A stretch of 24,000 nt of DNA from Catenulisporales bacterium (GCA_019510485.1 JAEKKI010000142.1:19839-43838), one strand, 5' to 3'; counted from the stretch's first letter, positions 1 to 8,750 are shown. The notes: generated by a model not told the origin, from the letters alone. Numbers and translations are program-made.

Positions 1-1
1 G

Positions 2-472
2 CTGGACCTGATGCGGCGCGAGCGCGGCACGGAGAACGGTCTGGTCGAGTTCATGGTCATCGACCTGATCAAGGCCGGCCCGGAGCACGCGGTGGAGCGG
101 ATCTCGCTGAACTTCGCGATGTTCCGCAGCGTCTTCGAGCGGTCCGGCCGGCTCGGCGCCGGACCGTTCCTGCGGCTGGCGCGGGTGGTGCTGTCGGTGT
201 TCTCGCGGTGGTGGCAGCTGGAGTCGCTGTACCGGGCGAACACGAAGTACCGGCCGGTGTGGGAGCCGCGTTATCTCTGCTTCCCGAAGGCGCGGGATCT
301 GGCGCGGATCGCGATCGCGGCGGGACGGGCCGAGGGGTTCTTGGCGATGCCGGCGCCGAGGTTCTCGCGGTTTGTGCGGCGTCGGAAGTGCCGGGCGGTG
401 TCGGAGGGGCTGCCTGCTTCCGAGGCTTTGGAACCGGAACGGGAATCGGAGCCGGTGCCCGGCGCGAAATGA
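2..472 (+). CDS. MprF-like aminoacyl (lysyl)-phosphatidylglycerol synthase, C-terminal part; 5' end lies outside the window
   Basis: The frame is open from the window edge. The translation ...ISLNFAMFRSVFERS...RWWQLESLYRANTKYRPVWEPRYLCF... matches the conserved C-terminal block (K-x-x-P-x-W-x-PRYL) of DUF2156/LPG-synthase domains of MprF/LysX-type enzymes. The last ~40 codons after AEGFL look unconserved and overlap the modB tail on the other strand. Confidence 0.7.
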   Translation: MDLMRRERGTENGLVEFMVIDLIKAGPEHAVERISLNFAMFRSVFERSGRLGAGPFLRLARVVLSVFSRWWQLESLYRANTKYRPVWEPRYLCFPKARDLARIAIAAGRAEGFLAMPAPRFSRFVRRRKCRAVSEGLPASEALEPERESEPVPGAK

Positions 473-1263
473 CGCAGCGTGAGTAGTGCCATGGCGGCGA
501 CCAGGACCAGCAGGAGTGAGACGGCTGTGGCGCCGTCGGGATCGTCGGTGAGCAGCAAGTAGACCTTCAGGGGAAGGGTCTGTGTGGTGCCGGGCAGGTT
601 GCCGGCGAAGGTCAGCGTCGCGCCGAACTCGCCGAGGGCCCGGCACCAGGCCAGCACCGCTGCCGCGACCAGCGTGTCGGCGACGATCGGCAGCGTGACG
701 GAGCGGAACGTGCGCCAGGTGGAGGCACCGGCGGTCGCGGCGGCTTCGTGGACGGTCGGGTCGACGGTCGCGAACGCGGCTTCCATGGTGATCACCACGA
801 ACGGGAGCGCGACGAAGGTCGCGGCCAGTACGGCGCCGGCGGTGGAGAACGGTAGGACGACGCCGAAATGCTCCAGCAACGGCCCGAGCACGCCCCGGCG
901 CCCGAACGCGGACAGCAGCGCCACCCCGCCGACCGTCGGGGGCAGAACCATGGGGAGCAGGACGAGCGCGTGGACAGCCGTCTTCGCCGCGCTGTGCGGA
1001 ACGCGGGCCAGCATCCAGGCCAGCGGTACGCCGAGGACGAGCGCGAGGGCGAGCGCGCTCAGGGAACACACCAGGGAGAGGCGCAGCGCTTCCAGCACCG
1101 CGGCGTCGGAAAGGTAGTGCGGCAGCCGTGACCACGGAGCGCGCGCCGCGATGCCGACGAGGGGCATTGCGAGGAACAGGACCGCGACGGCAGCCGGGAC
1201 GAGGAGGGCGGCCGGCGGACGGGGTCTGGTTCTCAGCCGGCGGCGGGCGGCGGGGCGGCGCAT
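271..1263 (-). CDS. modB: molybdate ABC transporter permease ModB
   Basis: From ATG 1263 the product is MRRPAARRR...LLVPAAVAVLFLAMPLVG..., a multi-TM permease. It carries the ABC EAA loop (EAAATAGASTWRTFRSVTLP) and GEFGATLTFAGN typical of ModB, and it lies downstream of modA. The tracked ORF reaches 1569, but its first 102 codons are Arg/Pro-rich and overlap modA. TTG 1326 is an alternative start. The last ~64 codons (271-465) look like unconserved read-on. Confidence 0.85.
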   Translation of the reverse strand: MRRPAARRRLRTRPRPPAALLVPAAVAVLFLAMPLVGIAARAPWSRLPHYLSDAAVLEALRLSLVCSLSALALALVLGVPLAWMLARVPHSAAKTAVHALVLLPMVLPPTVGGVALLSAFGRRGVLGPLLEHFGVVLPFSTAGAVLAATFVALPFVVITMEAAFATVDPTVHEAAATAGASTWRTFRSVTLPIVADTLVAAAVLAWCRALGEFGATLTFAGNLPGTTQTLPLKVYLLLTDDPDGATAVSLLLVLVAAMALLTLRHFAPGTGSDSRSGSKASEAGSPSDTARHFRRRTNRENLGAGIAKNPSARPAAIAIRARSRAFGKQR

Positions 1264-1492
1264 GGACCAACGGTAGTCGGTGGCGAGATCGCCTGGTCGC
1301 AGCCGCTTGTCGCCCGTTCGCAGCAACTTTCGGGTGAACTCGTTGACGGTTCCGGCCGCCGGCGGCGATGCTGAGCGGCATCGGCTGGGCGCGCGCTCTC
1401 TTCTGAGGTCGGTGAGCCCCCGTGGTGGGTGGGGCCGGAACCGTGTGTCAACTGGTTGACGGCCAGGTAGTCGACGGCCGGCTAGCTGACGA

Positions 1493-2320
1493 TCAGGACG
1501 CCGGCGAGAACCCCGCCGCCCGCAGAATCCGCTGCCCCTCCGCCGAGGCGAGCCAGGCCACGAACACACCCGCCGCGTCCTTGTTCGCCGAGTCCGCCAG
1601 CACCGCGGCGGGGTAGGTCGCGATCACGTTCTGGGCGTCGGGGATGTCGATGGTGGCCACCTTGGAGCCGGCCGACTTCGCGTCGGTGGTGTACACGATG
1701 CCGGCGTCGGCCTCGCCCCGTTCGACCAGCGACAGCACCGAGCGGACGTCCGGCTCCTGCGACACCGGCTTCACGCTCGCGTGCGCCGTCGCCAGCGCCT
1801 GCTCGGCGTACTTGCCCGCCGGCACCTGCGGGGCGGCCAGGACCACCTTCAGCTTCGGGGACGCCAGGTCGGTCAGGGACTGGACGTGCTCCGGGTCGCC
1901 GGGGGCGGTGACGATCGCCAGCCGGTTGTGCGCGATCACCGTCTTGTCGGCCACCGCGTCGCCGAGGCCGTTCATGGTGGCCGAGTCGGCGGTCACCAGC
2001 ACGTCCGCCGGCGAGCCGGCCTTCACCTGCGCGGCCAGCGTCTGCGAGCCGGCGAAGGAGAACTTCAGCTTCACCCCGGGGTGCTCGGCCTCGAAGCTCT
2101 GCGCCGCCTGGTTGAACACGTCGGTGAGCGACGCCGCCGCCAGCACCGTCAACGTCTTCTGCGAGGTCGCGGACTTCGCCGGGGCCGGGGAGCCCGGCGA
2201 TCCCGGCGAGGACGTGCCGCTCGAACACGCCGTGACGGTCGCCAGGAGCGTCGCCGCCCCCGCACCCGATATCACGCGGGTCCGGTGCTTCCTGAGAACG
2301 CTGGTCGTCATGGAGGCCAT
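1493..2320 (-). CDS. modA: molybdate-binding periplasmic lipoprotein ModA
   Basis: MTTSVLRKHRTRVISGAGAATLLATVTAC-SSG is a lipoprotein-type signal. It is followed by LTVLAAASLTDVF...KFSFAGSQTLAAQVKAGSPADVLVTAD...GKYAEQAL, a ModA-family signature. The start is ATG 2320 or ATG 2311; the GTG 2377 extension is unlikely. Confidence 0.9.
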   Translation of the reverse strand: MASMTTSVLRKHRTRVISGAGAATLLATVTACSSGTSSPGSPGSPAPAKSATSQKTLTVLAAASLTDVFNQAAQSFEAEHPGVKLKFSFAGSQTLAAQVKAGSPADVLVTADSATMNGLGDAVADKTVIAHNRLAIVTAPGDPEHVQSLTDLASPKLKVVLAAPQVPAGKYAEQALATAHASVKPVSQEPDVRSVLSLVERGEADAGIVYTTDAKSAGSKVATIDIPDAQNVIATYPAAVLADSANKDAAGVFVAWLASAEGQRILRAAGFSPAS

Positions 2321-2499
2321 AGTGTCATCGACGCTGAATGTCGTGCGAGGAGCGCACGAGGGCTGGGACGTCCGCACGGGCTGACACCCAAGCTACCCCC
2401 GGGCGTCCCGGCCCGCACCGCGCATGGCGGACCGGCGTCCTCGGCCTGGTCCGCAGGTAGGGCGGATAACGAGGGGACGGGCGCTGGTACCCTTGTCGT

Positions 2500-2529
2500 A
2501 TGCGGGCTGTGACGCTGCTTCTTATGTAG
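2500..2529 (+). CDS. candidate 9-codon leader peptide MRAVTLLLM upstream of leuS
   Basis: ATG CGG GCT GTG ACG CTG CTT CTT ATG TAG has three consecutive Leu codons, two of them the rare CTT. No SD precedes it, but TACCCT (2488-2493, TANNNT-type -10) ends 6 nt before the A of the ATG. That fits a leaderless transcript. The stop codon abuts a strong hairpin. Confidence 0.35.
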   Translation: MRAVTLLLM

Positions 2530-2577
2530 CCGCGCTGAAACAGGCCGGAGCGCCGTGAGGCTCCGGATCAGCGCGGC
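2529..2577 (+). promoter_or_regulatory. two-part RNA hairpin in the leuS leader (candidate anti-antiterminator)
   Basis: The outer stem is GCCGCGCUGA (2529-2538) paired with UCAGCGCGGC (2568-2577), 10 perfect bp. The inner stem is CCGGAGC (2545-2551) paired with GCUCCGG (2560-2566), 7 bp, with loop GCCGUGAG. Confidence 0.45.
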
Positions 2578-2580
2578 TCC

Positions 2581-2618
2581 CCTCCATGGCCGGAACGGCC
2601 CCGGGGGCTTTTTCTTTT
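2581..2618 (+). terminator. intrinsic-terminator-like hairpin plus U tract inside the leuS leader
   Basis: CCUCC (2581-2585) pairs with GGGGG (2603-2607), including one G-U. GGCCG (2588-2592) pairs with CGGCC (2596-2600) around a GAA loop. The stem is followed by C TTTTT C TTTT (2608-2618), an unusually T-rich run for this sequence, 54 nt upstream of the leuS ATG. Confidence 0.45.
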
Positions 2619-2671
2619 CCAGCCCAGATCTGCATCTGACCAGACGTACCCGCGAGGACTAGAAGACGACT

Positions 2672-5548
2672 ATGAGCGAGCAGACCGCACAGCCCAAGCC
2701 TGCGAGCGAGGAGCCCAAGTTCCGCTACACGGCCGCCGTCGCCGCCGAGATCGAGCCGAAGTGGCAGGAGTACTGGGCCGCTCACCACACCTTCCAGGTC
2801 CCGAACCACCCGGCCGACATGTCCGAGCCCAAGGCCTACATCCTGGACATGTTCCCCTATCCCTCCGGCGCCGGCCTGCACGTCGGCCACCCGCTGGGCT
2901 ACATCGCCACCGACGTCCTGGGCCGCTACAAGAAGATGACCGGCCACCACGTCCTGCACACCATCGGCATGGACGCCTTCGGCCTGGCCGCCGAGCAGTA
3001 CGCGGTCGAGCACGGCGTGCACCCCCGGGTGAGCACCGAGGCCAACATCGCCCGCTACCGCGAGCAGATCCACCGCATCGGCTTCGGCCACGACACCCGG
3101 CGCGGCGTGTCGACCATCGACGTGTCCTTCTACAAGTGGACGCAGTGGATCTTCCTGCAGATCTTCAACTCCTGGTACGACCGGGACGCCGGCCGGGCCC
3201 GCCCGATCGCGACCCTGATCGAGCGGTTCGCCTCCGGCGAGCGCCGCACCCCGGACGGCCGGGCCTGGGCGTCGCTGTCCGTGCCGGAGCAGGCCGCGGT
3301 CATCGACTCCCACCGCCTGGCCTACATCGCCGAGGCGCCGGTGAACTGGTGTCCGGGGCTGGGCACCGTGCTGTCCAACGAGGAGGTCACCGCCGACGGC
3401 CGCTCCGAGCGCGGCAACTTCCCGGTGTTCAAGCGCAACCTGCGGCAGTGGATGATGCGCATCACCGAGTACAGCGACCGGCTGCTGGCCGATCTGGACC
3501 GGCTGGACTGGCCGGAGCCGATCAAGCTGCAGCAGCGGAACTGGATCGGGCGCTCCGAGGGTGCTCGCGTGCACTTCGGTGTGACGGCGATCGACGGCTC
3601 CGAGAAGACCATCGAGATCTTCACCACCCGGCCCGACACCCTGTTCGGCGCCACCTACATGGTGCTGGCCCCGGAGCACGAGCTGGTGGACTCCTTCGTG
3701 GCCGCGGAGTGGCCGGCCGGCACGAAGGACGTCTGGACCGGCGGGTTCGCCACCCCGGCCGAGGCCGTCGCCGCCTATCGTGCGCAGGCCGCCGCCAAGA
3801 CCGAGGTCGAGCGCCAGACCGAGGGCCGGCAGAAGACCGGCGTGTTCACCGGAACCTTCGCGGTGAACCCGGTCGACGGCGAGGGCGTGCCGGTGTTCAT
3901 CGCCGACTACGTCCTGATGGGCTACGGCACCGGCGCGATCATGGCGGTGCCGGCGCACGACCAGCGCGACTTCGAGTTCGCCCGGGCCTTCGACCTGCCG
4001 ATGCGGATCGTGGTCTCGGCCCCGGCGGACTGGCCGGCGGACATCGCCGACTGGACCGAGGCCTACGACTCCAAGACCGCGCAGATCACCAACTCCGCCA
4101 ACGACGAGGTGTCCCTGGAAGGTCTGCCGGTCCCGGCCGCGATCCGCGCCATCTCCGAGTGGCTGCGGGCCAAGGGCATCGGCGAGGGCACCGTCACCTA
4201 CCGCCTGCGCGACTGGCTGTTCTCGCGGCAGCGCTACTGGGGCGAGCCGTTCCCGATCGTCTACGCGGTCGACGGCCCCGACGCCGGGATCGCGAAGGCC
4301 CTGCCGGAGTCGATGCTGCCGCTGGAGCTGCCGGAGGTCGACGACTTCTCGCCGAAGACCTTCGAGGCCGGCGACGTCACCAGCGCCCCCGAGCCGCCGC
4401 TGTCGCGCGCCGCCGACTGGGTGAACGTGACGCTGGACCTGGGCGACGGCCCGCGCCAGTACCGGCGCGAGACCAACACCATGCCGCAGTGGGCCGGCTC
4501 CTGCTGGTACTACCTGCGCTACCTGTCGCCGGACGACGACAGCCGGTTCGTCGAGGCCGAGGCCGAGAAGTACTGGATGGGGCCGCGGAACCCCGACGAC
4601 ACCGGCGGCGTGGACCTGTACGTCGGCGGCGCGGAGCACGCGGTGCTGCACCTGCTGTACGCGCGGTTCTGGCACAAGGTGCTGTTCGACCTGGGCCACG
4701 TCACCAGCGCCGAGCCGTTCCGCAAGCTGTACAACCAGGGCATGATCCAGGGCGCGTCCTACACCGACGCGCGCGGGGTCTACGTCCCGGCCACCGAGGT
4801 CGAGGAGATCGACGGAAGGTTCCACTACAAGGGCGAGCCGGTCACGCAGCATTTCGGCAAGATCGGCAAGTCGCTGAAGAACGTCATCTCCCCGGACGAC
4901 ATGATCGACGAGTACAGCGCCGACACCCTGCGCATCTACGAGATGTCGATGGGCCCGCTGGACATGTCCAAGCCCTGGGACACCCGCGCCTCGATCGGCT
5001 CGTTCCGCTTCCTGCAGCGGCTGTGGCGCAACGTGGTCGACGAGGAGAACGGCGAGGTCACCGTCACCGACGCCGAGCCCGACGAGGCGACGCTGCGCGT
5101 GCTGAACAAGACCATCGACGGCGCGCGCAACGATATGGAGGCCATGCGCTTCAACACCGCCATCAGCAAGCTGATCGAGCTGAACAACCACCTGACCCGC
5201 CTGCCGTCGGTGCCGCGCTCGGCGGCGGAGACACTGGTGGTGCTGGTCGCTCCGTTCGCCCCGCACATCGCCGAGGAACTGTGGTCCCGGCTGGGGCACC
5301 GCGACACGGTGGCCCACGCGCCCTATCCGGTCGCGGACCCGGCGTACCTGGTCGACGAGACGGTGACGTGCGTGGTGCAGGTGGCCGGCAAGGTCAAGGA
5401 CCGCCTGGAGGTGCCGCCGGGGATCGCCGAGGACGCGCTGCGCGAGCTGGCGCTGGCTTCGGACGGCGTACAGCGGGCGCTGGAGGGGCGCGGGGTGCGG
5501 ACGGTGATCGTGCGGGCGCCGAAGCTGGTGAACGTGGTGCCGGCTTAG
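2672..5548 (+). CDS. leuS: leucine--tRNA ligase (LeuRS)
   Basis: This is a 958-aa ORF. It has the class I HIGH motif (HVGHPLGY), a KMSKS-type motif (KIGKSLKN), the CP1 editing region and the typical LeuRS C-terminal domain. It is collinear with bacterial LeuRS throughout. Confidence 0.98.
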   Translation: MSEQTAQPKPASEEPKFRYTAAVAAEIEPKWQEYWAAHHTFQVPNHPADMSEPKAYILDMFPYPSGAGLHVGHPLGYIATDVLGRYKKMTGHHVLHTIGMDAFGLAAEQYAVEHGVHPRVSTEANIARYREQIHRIGFGHDTRRGVSTIDVSFYKWTQWIFLQIFNSWYDRDAGRARPIATLIERFASGERRTPDGRAWASLSVPEQAAVIDSHRLAYIAEAPVNWCPGLGTVLSNEEVTADGRSERGNFPVFKRNLRQWMMRITEYSDRLLADLDRLDWPEPIKLQQRNWIGRSEGARVHFGVTAIDGSEKTIEIFTTRPDTLFGATYMVLAPEHELVDSFVAAEWPAGTKDVWTGGFATPAEAVAAYRAQAAAKTEVERQTEGRQKTGVFTGTFAVNPVDGEGVPVFIADYVLMGYGTGAIMAVPAHDQRDFEFARAFDLPMRIVVSAPADWPADIADWTEAYDSKTAQITNSANDEVSLEGLPVPAAIRAISEWLRAKGIGEGTVTYRLRDWLFSRQRYWGEPFPIVYAVDGPDAGIAKALPESMLPLELPEVDDFSPKTFEAGDVTSAPEPPLSRAADWVNVTLDLGDGPRQYRRETNTMPQWAGSCWYYLRYLSPDDDSRFVEAEAEKYWMGPRNPDDTGGVDLYVGGAEHAVLHLLYARFWHKVLFDLGHVTSAEPFRKLYNQGMIQGASYTDARGVYVPATEVEEIDGRFHYKGEPVTQHFGKIGKSLKNVISPDDMIDEYSADTLRIYEMSMGPLDMSKPWDTRASIGSFRFLQRLWRNVVDEENGEVTVTDAEPDEATLRVLNKTIDGARNDMEAMRFNTAISKLIELNNHLTRLPSVPRSAAETLVVLVAPFAPHIAEELWSRLGHRDTVAHAPYPVADPAYLVDETVTCVVQVAGKVKDRLEVPPGIAEDALRELALASDGVQRALEGRGVRTVIVRAPKLVNVVPA

Positions 5549-6852
5549 CTCTCCGCGGTAAGCGCGTGCGGCCCGGTGCCGACCGATTCCTGGTCGGCAC
5601 CGGGCCGTTTCGCTGTGTGCGGCAGGAGCATCGGTGTCGCGAGGAGCAGCAGACCAGCGGCGGCGAGTGCCGTTCGGGGCCCGGTGCCGGCGGCCAGGAG
5701 GCCCCAGGCGGCGGTGAAAACGGCGATGGCCGTCTTGGTGGAGACCGACCAGGCGGACAGTACTCGGGCCACGCGGGTGGAAGCTGTCTGTTCCAGGCGG
5801 TATGTCGCCATGATCGGGCTATAGACGGCAGCGCTGGTGATCAGCGCGAGCTCGATGCCCATGACCAGCACCAAGCCCGGCAATCCGGGGCGCAGGAAGG
5901 CCAGGCCGATCGGGGGCAGCGCGCGCAGCGTGCCGGCGGTGATCAGGACCCTGTGACGACCGAAGCGGGCCGCCAGCCGAGCGGCCGCGCGCGATCCCGC
6001 CAGCCCTCCGACGCAGGGCACCGCGAAGGCCAGCCCGTACTCCCAGGGTGCGAATCCCAGGCGGCCGAGCATCCACACCGCCAACAGCGGCTCCCCAGCC
6101 ATGATCAGAGCATTGACGGCCATGTTGTTCAGCAGCAACCGACGCAGAACCCTGTCGTTCAGGATGTAGCGCCAGCCATCGAGAAGATCGGTCGGCCGGA
6201 AACTCCTGTCCGGGAGCGGTTCGGATCTGGTCTCGCTGCCGCCGATCGCCCGAATCCCCAGTGCCGACAGCAGATAGCTGACCGCGTCGGCGACCACCGT
6301 CACCACCGGTCCGAACAGCGCGACCGCCGCCCCGCCGAGGGGCGGCCCGAGAACGATCGCCGTCCACGTCGTGGACTCGAAGCGGCCGTTCGCGATCAGC
6401 AGGTCCTCCCGGGCGACGATCGACTTCACATACGCTCCGCTGGCCGCGCCGAACGTGATATCGCAGGCCCCTACCACGATCGACACGGCCAGCAGCTGCG
6501 CGAACCCGAGCACGCCGAACGCATACGCCACCGGGATCGTCAGCAGCGCGGCGAACCGGGCCACGTCCATCGCCACCATCACCGGCCGCTTGCGCCGGAA
6601 CTCGATCCACGGCCCGAGCGGCACGGCCACCAGCGCGCCCACCGCCGTACCGGCCGCCGACATCGCCGCGACCCGCGCGGGGCCGGCGTGCAGGACGCGG
6701 ATCAGGATGAGGGTGAAGGCGTTGAAGGCCAGCCAGGTGCCGATCGTGCTGACCGTGTACGCGGACCACAGCCATCCGAATCGGCGTCCCAGCCGTCGTC
6801 GCTCCACGTCCTCACACCCCAGTATCGACAACCATCCGATGGCCACCGACAT
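5545..6852 (-). CDS. MFS transporter (MFS_3/EntS-like efflux type)
   Basis: About 12 hydrophobic helices are present. The N-terminal [23 protein letters not shown] and the loop [10 protein letters not shown] are typical of the MFS_3 family. The start is uncertain: ATG 6852, TTG 6855 or GTG 6807. The stop overlaps the leuS stop by 4 nt (convergent). Confidence 0.85.
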   Translation of the reverse strand: MSVAIGWLSILGCEDVERRRLGRRFGWLWSAYTVSTIGTWLAFNAFTLILIRVLHAGPARVAAMSAAGTAVGALVAVPLGPWIEFRRKRPVMVAMDVARFAALLTIPVAYAFGVLGFAQLLAVSIVVGACDITFGAASGAYVKSIVAREDLLIANGRFESTTWTAIVLGPPLGGAAVALFGPVVTVVADAVSYLLSALGIRAIGGSETRSEPLPDRSFRPTDLLDGWRYILNDRVLRRLLLNNMAVNALIMAGEPLLAVWMLGRLGFAPWEYGLAFAVPCVGGLAGSRAAARLAARFGRHRVLITAGTLRALPPIGLAFLRPGLPGLVLVMGIELALITSAAVYSPIMATYRLEQTASTRVARVLSAWSVSTKTAIAVFTAAWGLLAAGTGPRTALAAAGLLLLATPMLLPHTAKRPGADQESVGTGPHALTAES

Positions 6853-6902
6853 CAAAGCGAGCGGGGGAAGGCGAGGTCAAACAACTAACAGGCCCATGAG
6901 GT

Positions 6903-6917
6903 ACAACCATTGGTTGT
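6903..6917. promoter_or_regulatory. perfect palindrome ACAACCA-T-TGGTTGT in the MFS/LysR divergent intergenic region (likely LysR operator)
   Basis: The 7-bp arms are perfectly inverted, and the centre lies 26 nt upstream of the LysR ATG. An extra half-site ACAACCAT occurs at 6828-6835. Divergent LysR/target pairs classically carry a dyad operator. Confidence 0.5.
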
Positions 6918-6935
6918 CTGGATACCCTTGCGGCC

Positions 6936-7877
6936 ATGGACCTCGATGCCGTGCGCACCTTCATCTCCGTCGCCGACGCAGGCCGTTTCCAAGAGGCCGC
7001 GGCGGAGCTGGAGATCACGCAACAAGCAGTCTCCAAGCGCATCGCGACCTTGGAGAAGGACCTCGGCGCGCGCTTGTTCACCCGGACGGCGCGCGGGGCG
7101 CAGCTCACGATCGACGGACAGGCGTTCCTGCCGCATGCCAGGGCCCTGCTTCAGGCGGCGGAGAAGGCGATCTCGTCGGTGCGTCCGGGACGGCGGGCGC
7201 TGCGCGTCGACGTGGTCGCCATGCGCAGCGCGGTGGCGGCGTCGCTGCGCGGGTTTCACGAGGCGCGTCCCGACGTCGACCTCGATGTCGTGACCCTGCC
7301 CAACGCCGACTCGGCGATCGCCGCCGTGCAGGCCGGGACGATCGACGCGACGTTCCGGTTCGTCGCGGCACCGCGCGGTCTGCCGGCGGACGTGGCGGCC
7401 ACGCGGGTACTCGACGAGACGCTCGATCTGCTGGTCGGTCCACGCCATGCGCTCGCCACCGCCCGGACGGCGACGCTCCGGCAACTGGTCGGCCACCGCA
7501 TCTGGATCCCGGGGATCGCGGCCGGCGCCGAGTGGACGCTGTACTACGAGGAACTCGCGTCAGCGTTCGGACTCTCCATCGACGGCATCGGGCCGCACTT
7601 CGGCAGCGACCATCTCCTGGACGTGATCGCCGACTCCGCCGACGTGGCCTCGCTCGTCGGGGTCAAGCCGCAACTGGCGTGGCCGGCCGGACACGGTCTG
7701 CGCCGCATTCCGCTGCGGGATCCGACGCCGGTGTATCCGCATTCGTTTCTGTGGCGCGGCGACAATCCGCATCCGGGGCTCGCCGCGTTGCGTCGGCATC
7801 TCGCGGCCTCGCGCGAGCCCGAGCCGCCGTCCAGCGCCGATCCGGTGTGGACTCCGCCTACTTCGGCGCCACGATGA
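6936..7877 (+). CDS. LysR-family transcriptional regulator
   Basis: The N-terminal wHTH is MDLDAVRTFISVADAGRFQEAAAELEITQQAVSKRIATLEKDLGARLFTRTARG. It is followed by a LysR substrate-binding-type domain and is divergent from the MFS gene. Confidence 0.93.
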   Translation: MDLDAVRTFISVADAGRFQEAAAELEITQQAVSKRIATLEKDLGARLFTRTARGAQLTIDGQAFLPHARALLQAAEKAISSVRPGRRALRVDVVAMRSAVAASLRGFHEARPDVDLDVVTLPNADSAIAAVQAGTIDATFRFVAAPRGLPADVAATRVLDETLDLLVGPRHALATARTATLRQLVGHRIWIPGIAAGAEWTLYYEELASAFGLSIDGIGPHFGSDHLLDVIADSADVASLVGVKPQLAWPAGHGLRRIPLRDPTPVYPHSFLWRGDNPHPGLAALRRHLAASREPEPPSSADPVWTPPTSAPR

Positions 7878-8709
7878 CGCCCAGCACGCCAGGCCCGACA
7901 TGCGCCCCGATCACCGCACCGACTTCGCAGACTACGACGTCGGCCAACCCCGGCAGACGATCGCGCAGACGTCCGGCCAAGGCATTGGCGCGCTCGGCGG
8001 CGTCCAGGTGCTGCACGGCGATCCGGACCGAGGAACCGTCGCCCCCGGCGCGCTCCACCGCGATCTCCTCCAGCCGGGCGATGGCACGGGACGAGGTCCG
8101 GACCTTCTCCAGCGGCTCGACGCGGCCGTCCGCCATATGCAGCAACGGCTTCATCGCCAGCGCCGAACCGAGCAGCGCCCGGGCCGAGCCGATGCGGCCG
8201 CCGCGGCGCAGGTACTCCAGCGTGTCGACGTAGAAGAAGGCTGAGGCCGTGGCGGCGTGCTTGGCGGCGATGTCGGCGACGGCGTCCAGGTCGTGACGGC
8301 CGTCCCGGCCGGCCTCGGCGGCGGCCAGCACCGCGAACCCCAGAGCCATGCCGATGGTGCGGCTGTCCAGTACCCGCACCGGCAGCGGCGCGTCCTTCGC
8401 GGCCAGCTCCGCCGACTCCAGCGTGGCCGACAACTCGGCGGAGATGTGCAGCGACACCACACCTTCGGCCCCGGCCTCGGCGGCGGCCCGGTACGCGGCG
8501 GCGAAGTCCTCCGGCGACGGCCGCGACGTGGTGGCGGTCTCGTGCGCCCGCAACGCCTCGACCAGCAACTTCCCGGTCGCCGGAGCGGCCTCGCTGTGCG
8601 GCGCCCCCCGCACGATCACCTCCAGCGGAACCGCTGTGACACCGAGAGCTGCCGCCGACGCAACGGGCAGACAAGCAGTGGAGTCGGTGACGAGCGCGAT
8701 ACGGGGCAT
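7858..8709 (-). CDS. DegV-family (fatty-acid-binding) protein
   Basis: MPRIALVTDSTACLP...TSRPSPEDFAAAY...VVSLHISAELSATLESA...FFYVDTLEYLRRGGRIG...LAMKPLL shows the typical DegV motif order. The 3' end overlaps the LysR gene by 20 nt (convergent). Confidence 0.9.
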   Translation of the reverse strand: MPRIALVTDSTACLPVASAAALGVTAVPLEVIVRGAPHSEAAPATGKLLVEALRAHETATTSRPSPEDFAAAYRAAAEAGAEGVVSLHISAELSATLESAELAAKDAPLPVRVLDSRTIGMALGFAVLAAAEAGRDGRHDLDAVADIAAKHAATASAFFYVDTLEYLRRGGRIGSARALLGSALAMKPLLHMADGRVEPLEKVRTSSRAIARLEEIAVERAGGDGSSVRIAVQHLDAAERANALAGRLRDRLPGLADVVVCEVGAVIGAHVGPGVLGVIVAPK

Positions 8710-8750
8710 ACCGCCGAGGTTATCCGGAGGTGGCGTCCGGGCAAATGGCG

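Noticed and set aside
2341-2359. A 7-bp inverted repeat TCGTGCG-AGGAG-CGCACGA ~20 nt upstream of the modA ATG. Its loop reads CUCCU on the modA strand. It could be a translational or Moco-responsive element.
   Set aside because: Short GC-rich palindromes are frequent in this sequence. No SD is present for it to sequester, and I cannot match the Moco riboswitch consensus. It is worth including in an Rfam scan but is unsupported on its own.
2481-2496. GCTGGTACCC upstream of leuS resembles the T-box core (GGUGGNACCGCG), suggesting a T-box riboswitch.
   Set aside because: Only the UGGUACC heptamer matches, and it contains the GGTACC palindrome. It lies ~120 nt upstream of the U tract instead of inside an antiterminator bulge. 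I see no Stem I, specifier loop or AGAGA elements. It also overlaps the candidate -10 (TACCCT).
2522-5317. A 931-aa ORF antisense to leuS, and the 1375-aa + strand ORF 2761-6888 running out of frame through leuS and antisense to the MFS gene.
   Set aside because: The translations are Arg/Gly/Pro/Ala/His-rich with no recognisable motifs. They are classic stop-free shadow frames of GC3-rich genes. The leuS and MFS frames carry clear family signatures.
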